From Chthonomonadaceae bacterium (lineage in GTDB: Bacteria > Armatimonadota > Chthonomonadetes > Chthonomonadales > Chthonomonadaceae), in contig DAIDHN010000001.1 of the NCBI GenBank assembly GCA_027459665.1, forward strand, positions 72,356-136,355: DNA of 64,000 nucleotides. Reading direction: 5' to 3'. The notes beneath the pieces are model-generated. The model worked only from the letters and a program-made list of their open reading frames with translations, was not told where the DNA came from and did not search any database. The translations under genes and the position numbers were made by a program. Shown one piece after another: positions 1 through 8,559 of this stretch (its first letter is position 1; each line of letters opens with the position of its first letter).

Positions 1-2
1 CA

Positions 3-521
3 GATGCACTGGAACTGAATCTTACCCCGCTTGCTCTGCTTGCCGAAAACAGCGGTTCGCCACCCGACAGCACCGAACTGCGCGCGCATATACTACAGGC
101 TGTACGCGCTGCACGCAAAGCCTGCGGCCTGCCTTTGCTTGCAAAACTTCCTTCCGGGTGCATAGATGCAGGAGAGGCAGCGAAGGCGGCAGAAGAGGCA
201 GGCGCTGATATGATAGCAACCGGGCAGGCGTTTCCGGCGCTGGCAGTGCGCAGCGGCGCGATGCGCTTTGCAGGCATTGCAGGGTTGTGCGGGCCAGCCA
301 TCAAGCCCCTTGCCCTGTACCAGACCTGGCGTGCAGCACAAAGTGTTCAGATTCCTGTAGTGGCCGGCGGGGGCATTATGAGCGCAGATGATGCCCGTGA
401 GTTTTTTGTGGCCGGCGCCCGCGCCGCTGCCGTAGCTGCTGCAGTACTCATACACCCCGATGCCGCCAGTACGATGGCGCGCGCACTTCGCCAGCAAACG
501 CAGCAGACCTCTATGCCATAG
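3..521 (+). CDS. 3' part of a dihydroorotate-dehydrogenase-family TIM-barrel protein (DHOD/DHPD-like); 5' end lies outside the window
   Basis: Open frame from window edge; C-terminal motifs IPVVAGGGIMSADDAREFFVAGA and GLCGPAIKPLAL typical of the DHOD family FMN-binding barrel; canonical NLSCPN active-site box not seen, so exact subfamily uncertain. Confidence 0.5.
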   Translation, partial: DALELNLTPLALLAENSGSPPDSTELRAHILQAVRAARKACGLPLLAKLPSGCIDAGEAAKAAEEAGADMIATGQAFPALAVRSGAMRFAGIAGLCGPAIKPLALYQTWRAAQSVQIPVVAGGGIMSADDAREFFVAGARAAAVAAAVLIHPDAASTMARALRQQTQQTSMP

Positions 522-1230
522 GTTTCTCCACTGAAACCTGGGCATACATCTCTGTTCGCACCTGCAGAGCCGCCGTCTGGCAGGAAAGATATTAAGGAAT
601 ATCTGCCACCCGATATTTTTCAGGACACTGCAGCACTTATCCATTAGAAAAGTGTACTGTCTCCTCTTTTTGCAGCGACAACCACTTAAGATGCGGCTTA
701 TCAAGCTCTACCAGGGAATGGTATAAATTGAATCTATCAACGTACAATGCAACACGCAACACTCAAGCTTACTGACAATTATTCATAAAAAGCCCACGGG
801 CCTGAGCCTGTGGGGCCGTACAGAGTACCGTAAGGGAGTAATACTATGCTATGGCATAAAATTTCTACAAAACAAACTTTTTTACAACATTTTTGCAAGA
901 GATCAGCGGTGATGTATGCTTTTTCGTAAGAATTCATAGTTGATGCAACATACTGCAAAGTGAAAGCCTGCCCTCTGTCTGCAGGTGAGACTGAGAGGGG
1001 CTATCTGCCACTGCATAGCAGCCCCTGTGCCTGAATGTGATCAAGACCGAACTCTTACACCGCGTGCTACTCCCCTGTTATGCTAAAAAGGAGAGCTATT
1101 TCATAAGCGAAATGCACTTTATTGCACACATTACTGCATTTTTATCTCTACTCTGCGAGAATATATTCCGATTTATAACTGTTGCACCAATGTAATGCAT
1201 AACCACGGCACAAAAGGAATGCCTGCTACC

Positions 1231-4200
1231 ATGAAGCAAAAATTACGTTATAACGCACTCTATTTGGGCAATATGTTAATCTTTGCAGTTGTGCCCATGG
1301 TAGCCTGTGCACAGTCTGCCGTGTCACAAATTCCTCATGTTATCAGAATTGTGCCTGCCCATGGCAAAACGCTTTTTCCCGGAACTACCCTGAAAGGCAG
1401 TACGCTTCAGGGCAGCCTAACCGGAGAAGCCGCCAGGATAACCGTTCCCGCTGCAGATTTCACCTCCATTCCCAGGCGCCCTCCCATTCCTTTTGTGCCT
1501 TTTGCAATGATCGATCCTTCTACAGGAAGAGCGGTTTTGCCTGGCAGTAATATTCGACTTGCCAATGGCAAAATTGTAAATGCGGGTAGTTACTATGCGG
1601 CGCTTAACCAGTATGAAAAAATTCTGAATGCTTCAGGCTATACGCTTAGAAAGCAAGGCAGCTATCGCACTGCATACAGGGTAAACTACCCCCTGCTTGC
1701 ACAGCAGGCACGAATGCTTGATCAACAGGCGCTGCGGCATCCATGGATCATTCCGATCCAGCCGGCGCTGCTTGCCAGACAGATAACCATGGCGCGCACC
1801 CTTCTGCTGCACCCTCCGGTTCCCCATATTGTTCCCCCAGCAAGGCACATGCATCCGGCTGGCATTGTAAAGGGGGTAACGGTACTTCCCGCTGTTGTGC
1901 TAGGCAGCATAAACTCAGCTTCGCCTGATCAAACGCCCGGTATGGCAGTCATGCAGCAGGTGAGCCCTGTAGTGTATGCGGCTCTGCATGCCAGCGCAGT
2001 AACCCAGGGGCCGAGCAAAGGTGGAAAAGTGCAAGTGCTGGATGCACCTCTGCCCGGCTTTTACTACCCCTACAATCTGGACATGGGCGATCCTGGCACT
2101 ATAGGCGCCTATCTGCATTCCTATCTCGATGCCAATGGGGATAAAAACAGCGTGACACTGGAAGCCTCTGCCGATGCCGGAGGGTATCTGCTGGGAAACA
2201 AAATTGATGTGGCCGGCCTGCAGTTTCACCTCGACTCTTCGCTGGGGAAGAAAGCAAAGGGAACCGCTTCATTTTCTTTGCTGGGAAATACGGTTAAAAC
2301 CTACGAGCTTGCACTAAACAATCCTCAAGTCAATCTCGACCTGATTCCGCCGGATGACCAAAATATCCAGCAGGATTTTTTTAACGCCACCATTATGGCT
2401 GGCCCTGTGCCGGTTACAATAGATGTATACGGCGGTATTGGGCTGGATGCGCCTCTGCAGGTACTCACAGACATTGCGCAGGTAAATACCGCTTTTACGC
2501 CCGCAGTTTCACTCAACGCAGGGGCATCTGTAGAAATAGGCGTTCCGGGAGTGCTGGATGCTGGAGTGAAATGCACCGTAAACGTGCTGACGCTCTCATG
2601 CCCGCTCAATGGAGCTGCTGCACTGCTGCCCGGCTCAGCAGGCAACGGTGGAACCAATGCGCAAGACCTGGGCATCTACGTGAACCTTACCGGTGACCTG
2701 GATTACACTCTTCTATCTGGAAAATTTGACGTGTTTGCTGATGTTACACCGCTTGCTCATTTTGAAACCACTATTTTTCATTGGCCAGGCTACAAGAATC
2801 ATATAAGTCTCTTCAGTGTAAATCACTGGTACGACTTGAACACCAGCGTTCCCCCTGTCCTCATCGATGCATCTGCGCCTGGCAGCATACCTTCGCTCAA
2901 TGCTCCTCCACAGCCTGCTGCGGTCGCGCTCAATGCCATCTACCTGAGCACAAACGCCTGGACTGGCAAATCGAATGTCGAAAACTTCATTACTGAGGGT
3001 GAAACTGTGCCAAGCAGCAGAGTGTATCTTACTGCATTAGTGTACGATCAGTTTGGAAACCAGATGAATGCATCTGTTCCACTCACATTCACCGTAAATA
3101 ATCAGACCATTTATCCCGGCAGCAGCGGCATCACAATAGAGCCTCCGCAGGGTGGCGGAGAAGAACAAGCGGCTGTTTCGGTAAATGGCACAAAAATTGT
3201 ACGCAGACTGCATTTTTCCTTCGCTGCCTCAGGAGCTGCTTTTGCCCCGTTTCAGCTTGTTCCAGACCATGGCGCCTGTTTTCGCACCAATACCGTCACT
3301 CTTACCGGCCCCGGCAACCCGCTCACCTCGCCAATCTACTTTGGCAGCAGCCAGGCGAGCATTCTTACCCCGGCCTCTGTTATTGCAAGTGAAGCTGTAA
3401 ACACAGCCCACAACATAGAGGTACAGGCGCCGGCATCTGCTCAGCCCGGTTTTGTACCCATTGGAAATATGGTTACAATAAACGGACCCGAAACCTCTAC
3501 TGCAATGCAGCCTTTTTCCAGCCTTCCCCAAAACTACTACTACTATGTTCCCAATGTTCCCTGCCTGCTGCTCTCACAGCCAGGCGGTTTGCCAAACGAC
3601 TATCCTCTAGCAGAGACATACCCCGGCTACGATACTTCTTTTGTAACCATTCCGGTGGCGCTCTGGGATGCAGCAGGTACGCCCGAAACAGGGGAAAGCA
3701 TTGTGTTTCAAACCGACAAGGGGCAGTTTTCAAACGGCAGCAAGCAGAGTGTGCTGCAGGTAGATTCTGAGGGAAGAGCATCTGAAACCCTTTCGCTGCA
3801 GAAAAACAGCGCCCAAACACTTGGGCAGGTACAGGGGCAGGCATACACCGACATCATTCCGGCCCATGTTACGATACGCAAACAGGGTGGCGCGCTGGTA
3901 CATCTCAATGTCTATTTTCAGTATGAACCATCTGCCGTATCGGCAAGCAGCGCTGGAGGAGCAGGAAATGGCGCTCCCTCTGGTTTGGGCACCCCGGCGG
4001 GAGGGCATGGGAATGGGCTTCCCGGTCATCCTGCGGGCGGCTACCAGCATGGAGTACGTGCAAGCGCCTACCTGCTCAGACTGCCTGCTGCACAAACTGA
4101 AAAGCGCCAGAAAGCCCCGTTTGTTCTGGAGGTGCCAGTAATGCTCACCCATAAAAACGGGCAGCCCGCTGCAGGCGCTTTGGTACAGGCATTGGCTGCA

Positions 4201-4356
4201 GGAGCCGCTGTTTCAGCCCCCCATGCTACTGATTCTCATGGAAAAACCATGCTGTTTGTGTTTCCACAAAAAGGAGCATCGGTTATTCGAATTACTCTGC
4301 GCAGCAGCAGCCTGCCGGGGGTGGTACGCATGATTAGCATTCAGCTGCAGAAATGA
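1231..4356 (+). CDS. Large secreted surface protein (about 1040 aa) with Big_1/invasin-like Ig repeats, Gly-rich linker and C-terminal transthyretin/CarboxypepD_reg-like domain
   Basis: Long ORF; start taken at ATG 1231 (AAAGGA 16 nt upstream) giving signal peptide MKQKLRYNALYLGNMLIFAVVPMVACAQSA; internal TDKGQFSNGSKQSVLQVDSEGRASETLSLQ resembles bacterial Ig-like domain 1; no catalytic motifs recognised. Confidence 0.6.
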   Translation: MKQKLRYNALYLGNMLIFAVVPMVACAQSAVSQIPHVIRIVPAHGKTLFPGTTLKGSTLQGSLTGEAARITVPAADFTSIPRRPPIPFVPFAMIDPSTGRAVLPGSNIRLANGKIVNAGSYYAALNQYEKILNASGYTLRKQGSYRTAYRVNYPLLAQQARMLDQQALRHPWIIPIQPALLARQITMARTLLLHPPVPHIVPPARHMHPAGIVKGVTVLPAVVLGSINSASPDQTPGMAVMQQVSPVVYAALHASAVTQGPSKGGKVQVLDAPLPGFYYPYNLDMGDPGTIGAYLHSYLDANGDKNSVTLEASADAGGYLLGNKIDVAGLQFHLDSSLGKKAKGTASFSLLGNTVKTYELALNNPQVNLDLIPPDDQNIQQDFFNATIMAGPVPVTIDVYGGIGLDAPLQVLTDIAQVNTAFTPAVSLNAGASVEIGVPGVLDAGVKCTVNVLTLSCPLNGAAALLPGSAGNGGTNAQDLGIYVNLTGDLDYTLLSGKFDVFADVTPLAHFETTIFHWPGYKNHISLFSVNHWYDLNTSVPPVLIDASAPGSIPSLNAPPQPAAVALNAIYLSTNAWTGKSNVENFITEGETVPSSRVYLTALVYDQFGNQMNASVPLTFTVNNQTIYPGSSGITIEPPQGGGEEQAAVSVNGTKIVRRLHFSFAASGAAFAPFQLVPDHGACFRTNTVTLTGPGNPLTSPIYFGSSQASILTPASVIASEAVNTAHNIEVQAPASAQPGFVPIGNMVTINGPETSTAMQPFSSLPQNYYYYVPNVPCLLLSQPGGLPNDYPLAETYPGYDTSFVTIPVALWDAAGTPETGESIVFQTDKGQFSNGSKQSVLQVDSEGRASETLSLQKNSAQTLGQVQGQAYTDIIPAHVTIRKQGGALVHLNVYFQYEPSAVSASSAGGAGNGAPSGLGTPAGGHGNGLPGHPAGGYQHGVRASAYLLRLPAAQTEKRQKAPFVLEVPVMLTHKNGQPAAGALVQALAAGAAVSAPHATDSHGKTMLFVFPQKGASVIRITLRSSSLPGVVRMISIQLQK

Positions 4357-6131
4357 AAATACAGCAAGGCATGGCTCTACTGTTTTTTTCTCTTTTCACG
4401 CAGCTTTCCTGGTCTCAGACTGCCCGGAATGGAGAAAAATTTCGGCAAGAGAATAAGGCGGTTGAGCAATGCTATTCTATGCAGTTCAGGCAGCGGGCAA
4501 AAACCAGCCTGGGGAATATAGATAGAAAGCTGGCTGGCAAAGACACCACAGTGCTGTTTTCTGTGAAGGGTGAATTCTGCACACTCCCTCTGGGACACAA
4601 CACGAAATGGGAACTGACAGGTGCCCGTTTTCTTATGCCAAAGGTACTGTTTTCGGTATCTGGGGTAGAAAACAAGCCTCTTGAAGAAGCGATTGCCCAT
4701 GATCTGCAAAAGCCCTTTTTACTGTACAGGACATCAAACAGGCAAATACATTCTTTTTATACCGCAGCTATTTCTCCGCTGAGCTGCCAGATGCTGCGCA
4801 CTATTCTGGGCCAAATGGAGTTTCTGCTGCCTGTTTCCCCGGCAGAAAAAGGGGAAGAGTGGAAAACAGAAGAAGAAAACGCAGAAGGAAAATACCAGGC
4901 GTGTTATGTTGTACAGAGCGGCTCTGCCAGACGGATTGCTGCAGAAAAGCGCATACTCTCCTACAGCTCTTTACGAAAGCATGTGCCACTTGCAGGAGTG
5001 AAAGTGCTTCTCCCCCGCCTGCTTCCATCGGGAACTGCTGAAGCTGTTTTTCAGAAGAGAGGCAGGGCGCTTCTTTCTTTGCAGAGCCTGCAATGCGTAA
5101 AAAGCACAATTGAGGGCGTACCGGGCGCTGTGGAATGGGATTCGCTGCAGATGAGACGCATCAGAACAGCGCCGGGTGCCTCTGCGCAGGGGTCTGTGCT
5201 GCCTGCACGTTTTCTACTTCTGCAAAAATCTTCTGCTCACCTGCTGTTTCGCGCTCCAGACTATACCCGGCAGCAGAAGGCGCTTGCCAAAACTGAGCTG
5301 GGAAGAGAAACTTTTTCCAGCCTGATGGAGAGAATGGCAGAAAAAGAAGCTGAAGGAGCCAGCGGCGCTCCTTCTCTGGTTATCCCTTTTCGGGCGCTGC
5401 TTCTGCTGCACCCTGCAGACATTGCACCATTACAACAGATTCTTGCCCAGGCAGACCCACACAGCCTTACTGCCCGCACCATAGCCAATGTGCTGCAGGC
5501 AACAGGCACGCGGCGGGCACAGGCCGCACTGTGCGATGTTCTTGTTGAGCGCCGGCAAGATACCCCTCTGTCTGCCATGCTGCTGCAATGGGCCGGCATG
5601 CTGGCTGCTCCCGATAAAGCCTCGCTGAATACTGTAAGGTGGTTTGCCCGAAATGCTCTGCATAGGGAAGTGCGGCAGCAGGCGCTTCTGGCCTACGGCG
5701 CTATGCTCAACGCCTATGCCTATCGGCGTCCTCATACGGCGGCTCTGCTTGTTTCGGCCTTATCGAATGAGTTTCCAAACGAATCGCCCACGGTTTTTCT
5801 GGAGGCTCTGGGGAATGCAGGAACTGCCGGAATTGTGCCTATTGCTGCCCCCTTTCTGCACAGCCCTCATGTGAATCTGCGGGTAGAGGCACTCTGCAGC
5901 CTTCGAAAAGTACTGTCTCAAAGGGTAAGAAGCATGCTGGCAGACAGGCTGCTTCACGACCCCAGTGCAGAGGTGCGCGCACAATGCGTACAGGTAATTG
6001 TTCTGCAAAAGGCAGTGCCGCTTCTGCAAACCAGCCTGCGAAAGGCGCTGAAAACTGAAAAGTCGCCCATGGTACGGCAGGAGATTCGTGCGGCGCTCAA
6101 GCAGACTTCCTTGTCTTCTCGAAACAGGTGA
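4353..6131 (+). CDS. Secreted HEAT/PBS-lyase-type repeat protein, translationally coupled to the upstream giant protein
   Basis: ATGA start/stop overlap at 4353-4356; N-terminal signal peptide MKIQQGMALLFFSLFTQLSWSQTA; C-terminal tandem helical repeats with ...EVRxxAxxAL... periodicity (HEAT-like). Confidence 0.55.
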   Translation: MKIQQGMALLFFSLFTQLSWSQTARNGEKFRQENKAVEQCYSMQFRQRAKTSLGNIDRKLAGKDTTVLFSVKGEFCTLPLGHNTKWELTGARFLMPKVLFSVSGVENKPLEEAIAHDLQKPFLLYRTSNRQIHSFYTAAISPLSCQMLRTILGQMEFLLPVSPAEKGEEWKTEEENAEGKYQACYVVQSGSARRIAAEKRILSYSSLRKHVPLAGVKVLLPRLLPSGTAEAVFQKRGRALLSLQSLQCVKSTIEGVPGAVEWDSLQMRRIRTAPGASAQGSVLPARFLLLQKSSAHLLFRAPDYTRQQKALAKTELGRETFSSLMERMAEKEAEGASGAPSLVIPFRALLLLHPADIAPLQQILAQADPHSLTARTIANVLQATGTRRAQAALCDVLVERRQDTPLSAMLLQWAGMLAAPDKASLNTVRWFARNALHREVRQQALLAYGAMLNAYAYRRPHTAALLVSALSNEFPNESPTVFLEALGNAGTAGIVPIAAPFLHSPHVNLRVEALCSLRKVLSQRVRSMLADRLLHDPSAEVRAQCVQVIVLQKAVPLLQTSLRKALKTEKSPMVRQEIRAALKQTSLSSRNR

Positions 6132-6207
6132 TTTTTTATACAGAGCGGCAAGGCACATTCAGCGGCCGAATGCCGGTGCATCATACCGCAACGCCCTTCC
6201 TGCTTTC

Positions 6208-7002
6208 TCAGCGAAGCCGGGCAGGGGCTGCTTCAATAGCCAAAGGGTGTTCCATTGCAAGCAGAATTCCGTGAAGTACATACCAGGGATGTGGCGGATG
6301 GCCAGGAACATAAATGGCAGTTGGCAGAATGGCATTCACCCCCTTTGCCTCTGCGTAGCTCCCCCTGTGCAGTCCGCCGGAAATGGCCGAAGCGCCTGCT
6401 GCAATTACCAGTCGCGGATCGGCCATCGCTTCGTAGCAGCGGCGCAGCGGTTCATGCATTGCACGTGCAACAGGGCCGGTGACTATCAGGGCATCGGCAA
6501 AGCGGGGAGACGCAACAAAATGGATGCCGAATCGGCTGGCATCAAAAACCGGGTTGTTTGAGGCTGCTATCTCCAGATCAGAGGCGCTGTCGCCTGTAGA
6601 AACCTCGCGCAGGTGAATCGAACGCCGAAACGGAGAGGTATGAGGTAACTGTGCAGGGCGTTGTGTAACTGCCTTGTTCGTCAAAATGAGTTCCTCCCGG
6701 CGCCGTACGGCAACTCTTGTACTCCTGTCTTCCACAATGGTTCCGGCAGGGCAGACGGCAGGGCAGCCATTGCATGCAATGCACCTCCCCAGGTCAATAG
6801 ATACCTGCCCGCCGGCGGGGCCGGGAGAAACCTGTATGGCTTCGGCAGGGCAGGCTTGCACGCAGGCGCTGCAGCCCTGATTAGCCGCGCAGGCTGTGTC
6901 TGTCAAGCCTGGCAGACCGCGGCTGTAGGCTGGCAGTGCGGGGAACATGGCGCGCTGTGTCGCATTCCCAGCAGATAGAAGCTGTATGAGTGTTTGTAAC
7001 AT
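6208..7002 (-). CDS. Ferredoxin (2x[4Fe-4S] motif) fused to a NuoB/[NiFe]-hydrogenase small-subunit-like domain that lacks all four cluster-binding cysteines (EhrS-like)
   Basis: N-terminal CxxCxxCxxxCP (CIACNGCPAVCP) and a variant Cx5CxxCxxxCP; C-terminal NuoB homology (SPRFADALIVTGPV, AAGASAISGG, YVPGHPPHP) where canonical CCxxE, GACA and GCPP read SA, SA and GHPP. Confidence 0.8.
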   Translation of the reverse strand: MLQTLIQLLSAGNATQRAMFPALPAYSRGLPGLTDTACAANQGCSACVQACPAEAIQVSPGPAGGQVSIDLGRCIACNGCPAVCPAGTIVEDRSTRVAVRRREELILTNKAVTQRPAQLPHTSPFRRSIHLREVSTGDSASDLEIAASNNPVFDASRFGIHFVASPRFADALIVTGPVARAMHEPLRRCYEAMADPRLVIAAGASAISGGLHRGSYAEAKGVNAILPTAIYVPGHPPHPWYVLHGILLAMEHPLAIEAAPARLR

Positions 7003-7020
7003 CCTTGCATCCTCTCTTCC

Positions 7021-8559
7021 TCAGAGGTCATTGCCGCTGTAGGAGAGACTGAAACTCTTGTTGCAAAGCGGAAAATCTGCCACCAGCTGGCCGCGCGCTG
7101 CAATGGCCAGCCCTGTCCAGTTATTAAAACTGGGGTCTTTTACGGCATAACGTGAAATGCTGCCATTCTCATCTGTAAAAACAAGGTGAATCAGTTCTCC
7201 CCGCCAGGCTTCAATTATTCCTGCACCAATGCTCCGGGGGGGCAGCTTGTCTGGAACAGGAACCCGAACGGTCTCCTCATTTGATACCCGCTTCAGAAAT
7301 GCATCGGCCAGCTGCAGGCTGGCTCGCGTCTCTTGCACCCGAATGCGTACACGCGCCAATACATCGCCTTCCTCCTCCACCGCAGCTTCCCAGGGCAGCC
7401 AAGCATACGGTTCCTGAAGGAATGCGTTGCGCACATCATAATCAACACCGCTGGCGCGCCCAGCTGGCCCAACCATACCGAAGTCGCGGGCAAGCGAGGG
7501 ACGCACCTTTCCCACCCCTTCCATGCGCTCCAATGCACCAGGGTTTTCCATCAGAATTGGCACAATACGCTCGAATTCCTTTGCAATACTTCTTACCGAG
7601 GCAGCCATCTGGTCTCTTGCCTGCAGAGAAATTGCATGCGCAACGCCGCCGGGCAAAATGTATGCTGTTTGCAAACGTGCGCCTGTCAACTGCTCTCCCA
7701 GCCCCAGCGCCCGTCCACGCAGGCATCCAAAAAGTGCAGCTCCCGCTGTAAAACCTATGTCGCTGCATATGCCTCCCAGGTCTCCAATATGCGATGCAGT
7801 GCGCTCTATCTCCAGCGAGAGAGCACGCAGGTTCTGAGCCGCTGCAGGGGGTGTAATTGCAAGTAACTGCTCCACAGCCATCGCATGCGCCCAGGCATTT
7901 GCTGCACTTGAATCACTGCTGATCGCTTCTGCCAGAAACCTTGCATGCTGCCAGGGGACTTCCGTCAGCTGCTGCTCTATCCCCCGGTGCTGGTATCCCA
8001 GCCGTATTTCAAGGTTCTGAATGACTTCTCCCAGGCAGCTGAAGCGAAAGTGCCCCGGTTCAATGATTCCCGCATGAATCGGCCCAACAGCAATCTCGTA
8101 CACTCCCTCTCCCTGCACAGTCAGGAATTTGCTGCTGCGGCGTGCAGGCGCATTCTCAGGTACAACCGGGTGGGCATCTCGCAGTGGATAAAATCCTTCT
8201 GGCCAGGCTTCATGCAGAATCACGCTTTTGAAACGCGGATGCCCCTCTGGCAGAATGCCGAAGAAATCAGAAACCGCCCGCTCAAACCAGTGCGCCTGCG
8301 GCACATGAGGGGTGAGCGAAGGGAATGCGGACTTTGCAGAATGCAGGGGAGTTTCCCACACATGCATGCCTGCATTCGCAGGATGCAAAACCAGCGTAAC
8401 AAGCGCCAAATCGTCTCCTGGCGGTATCCTCCTGGCTGTCAGCAAACCCAGCCGGCTTCCCTGCCTGAGCAGCATTGTCAGGCGTTCTTGCAGGCTGTCG
8501 AGCGGAACCAGCACTGGCTCAATGCCGGCGGGCTGCGGCAAAATCTCACCAGAATTCAT
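7021..8559 (-). CDS. NuoC-NuoD fusion / group-4 [NiFe]-hydrogenase large-subunit homologue without NiFe-binding CxxC motifs (EhrL-like)
   Basis: GPIHAGIIEPGHFRFSCLGEVIQNLEIRLGYQHRGIEQ matches the NuoD/HycE N-terminal signature; position of the RxCGxCxxxH motif reads AISSDSSAAN; C-terminal DPCxSC motif absent (DFPLCNKSF); ATGA overlap with upstream gene. Confidence 0.8.
   Translation of the reverse strand: MNSGEILPQPAGIEPVLVPLDSLQERLTMLLRQGSRLGLLTARRIPPGDDLALVTLVLHPANAGMHVWETPLHSAKSAFPSLTPHVPQAHWFERAVSDFFGILPEGHPRFKSVILHEAWPEGFYPLRDAHPVVPENAPARRSSKFLTVQGEGVYEIAVGPIHAGIIEPGHFRFSCLGEVIQNLEIRLGYQHRGIEQQLTEVPWQHARFLAEAISSDSSAANAWAHAMAVEQLLAITPPAAAQNLRALSLEIERTASHIGDLGGICSDIGFTAGAALFGCLRGRALGLGEQLTGARLQTAYILPGGVAHAISLQARDQMAASVRSIAKEFERIVPILMENPGALERMEGVGKVRPSLARDFGMVGPAGRASGVDYDVRNAFLQEPYAWLPWEAAVEEEGDVLARVRIRVQETRASLQLADAFLKRVSNEETVRVPVPDKLPPRSIGAGIIEAWRGELIHLVFTDENGSISRYAVKDPSFNNWTGLAIAARGQLVADFPLCNKSFSLSYSGNDL

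Noticed and set aside
93-704. 203-codon minus-strand ORF
   Set aside because: Antisense to the DHOD-family gene fragment, Cys/Arg-rich, no homology signal
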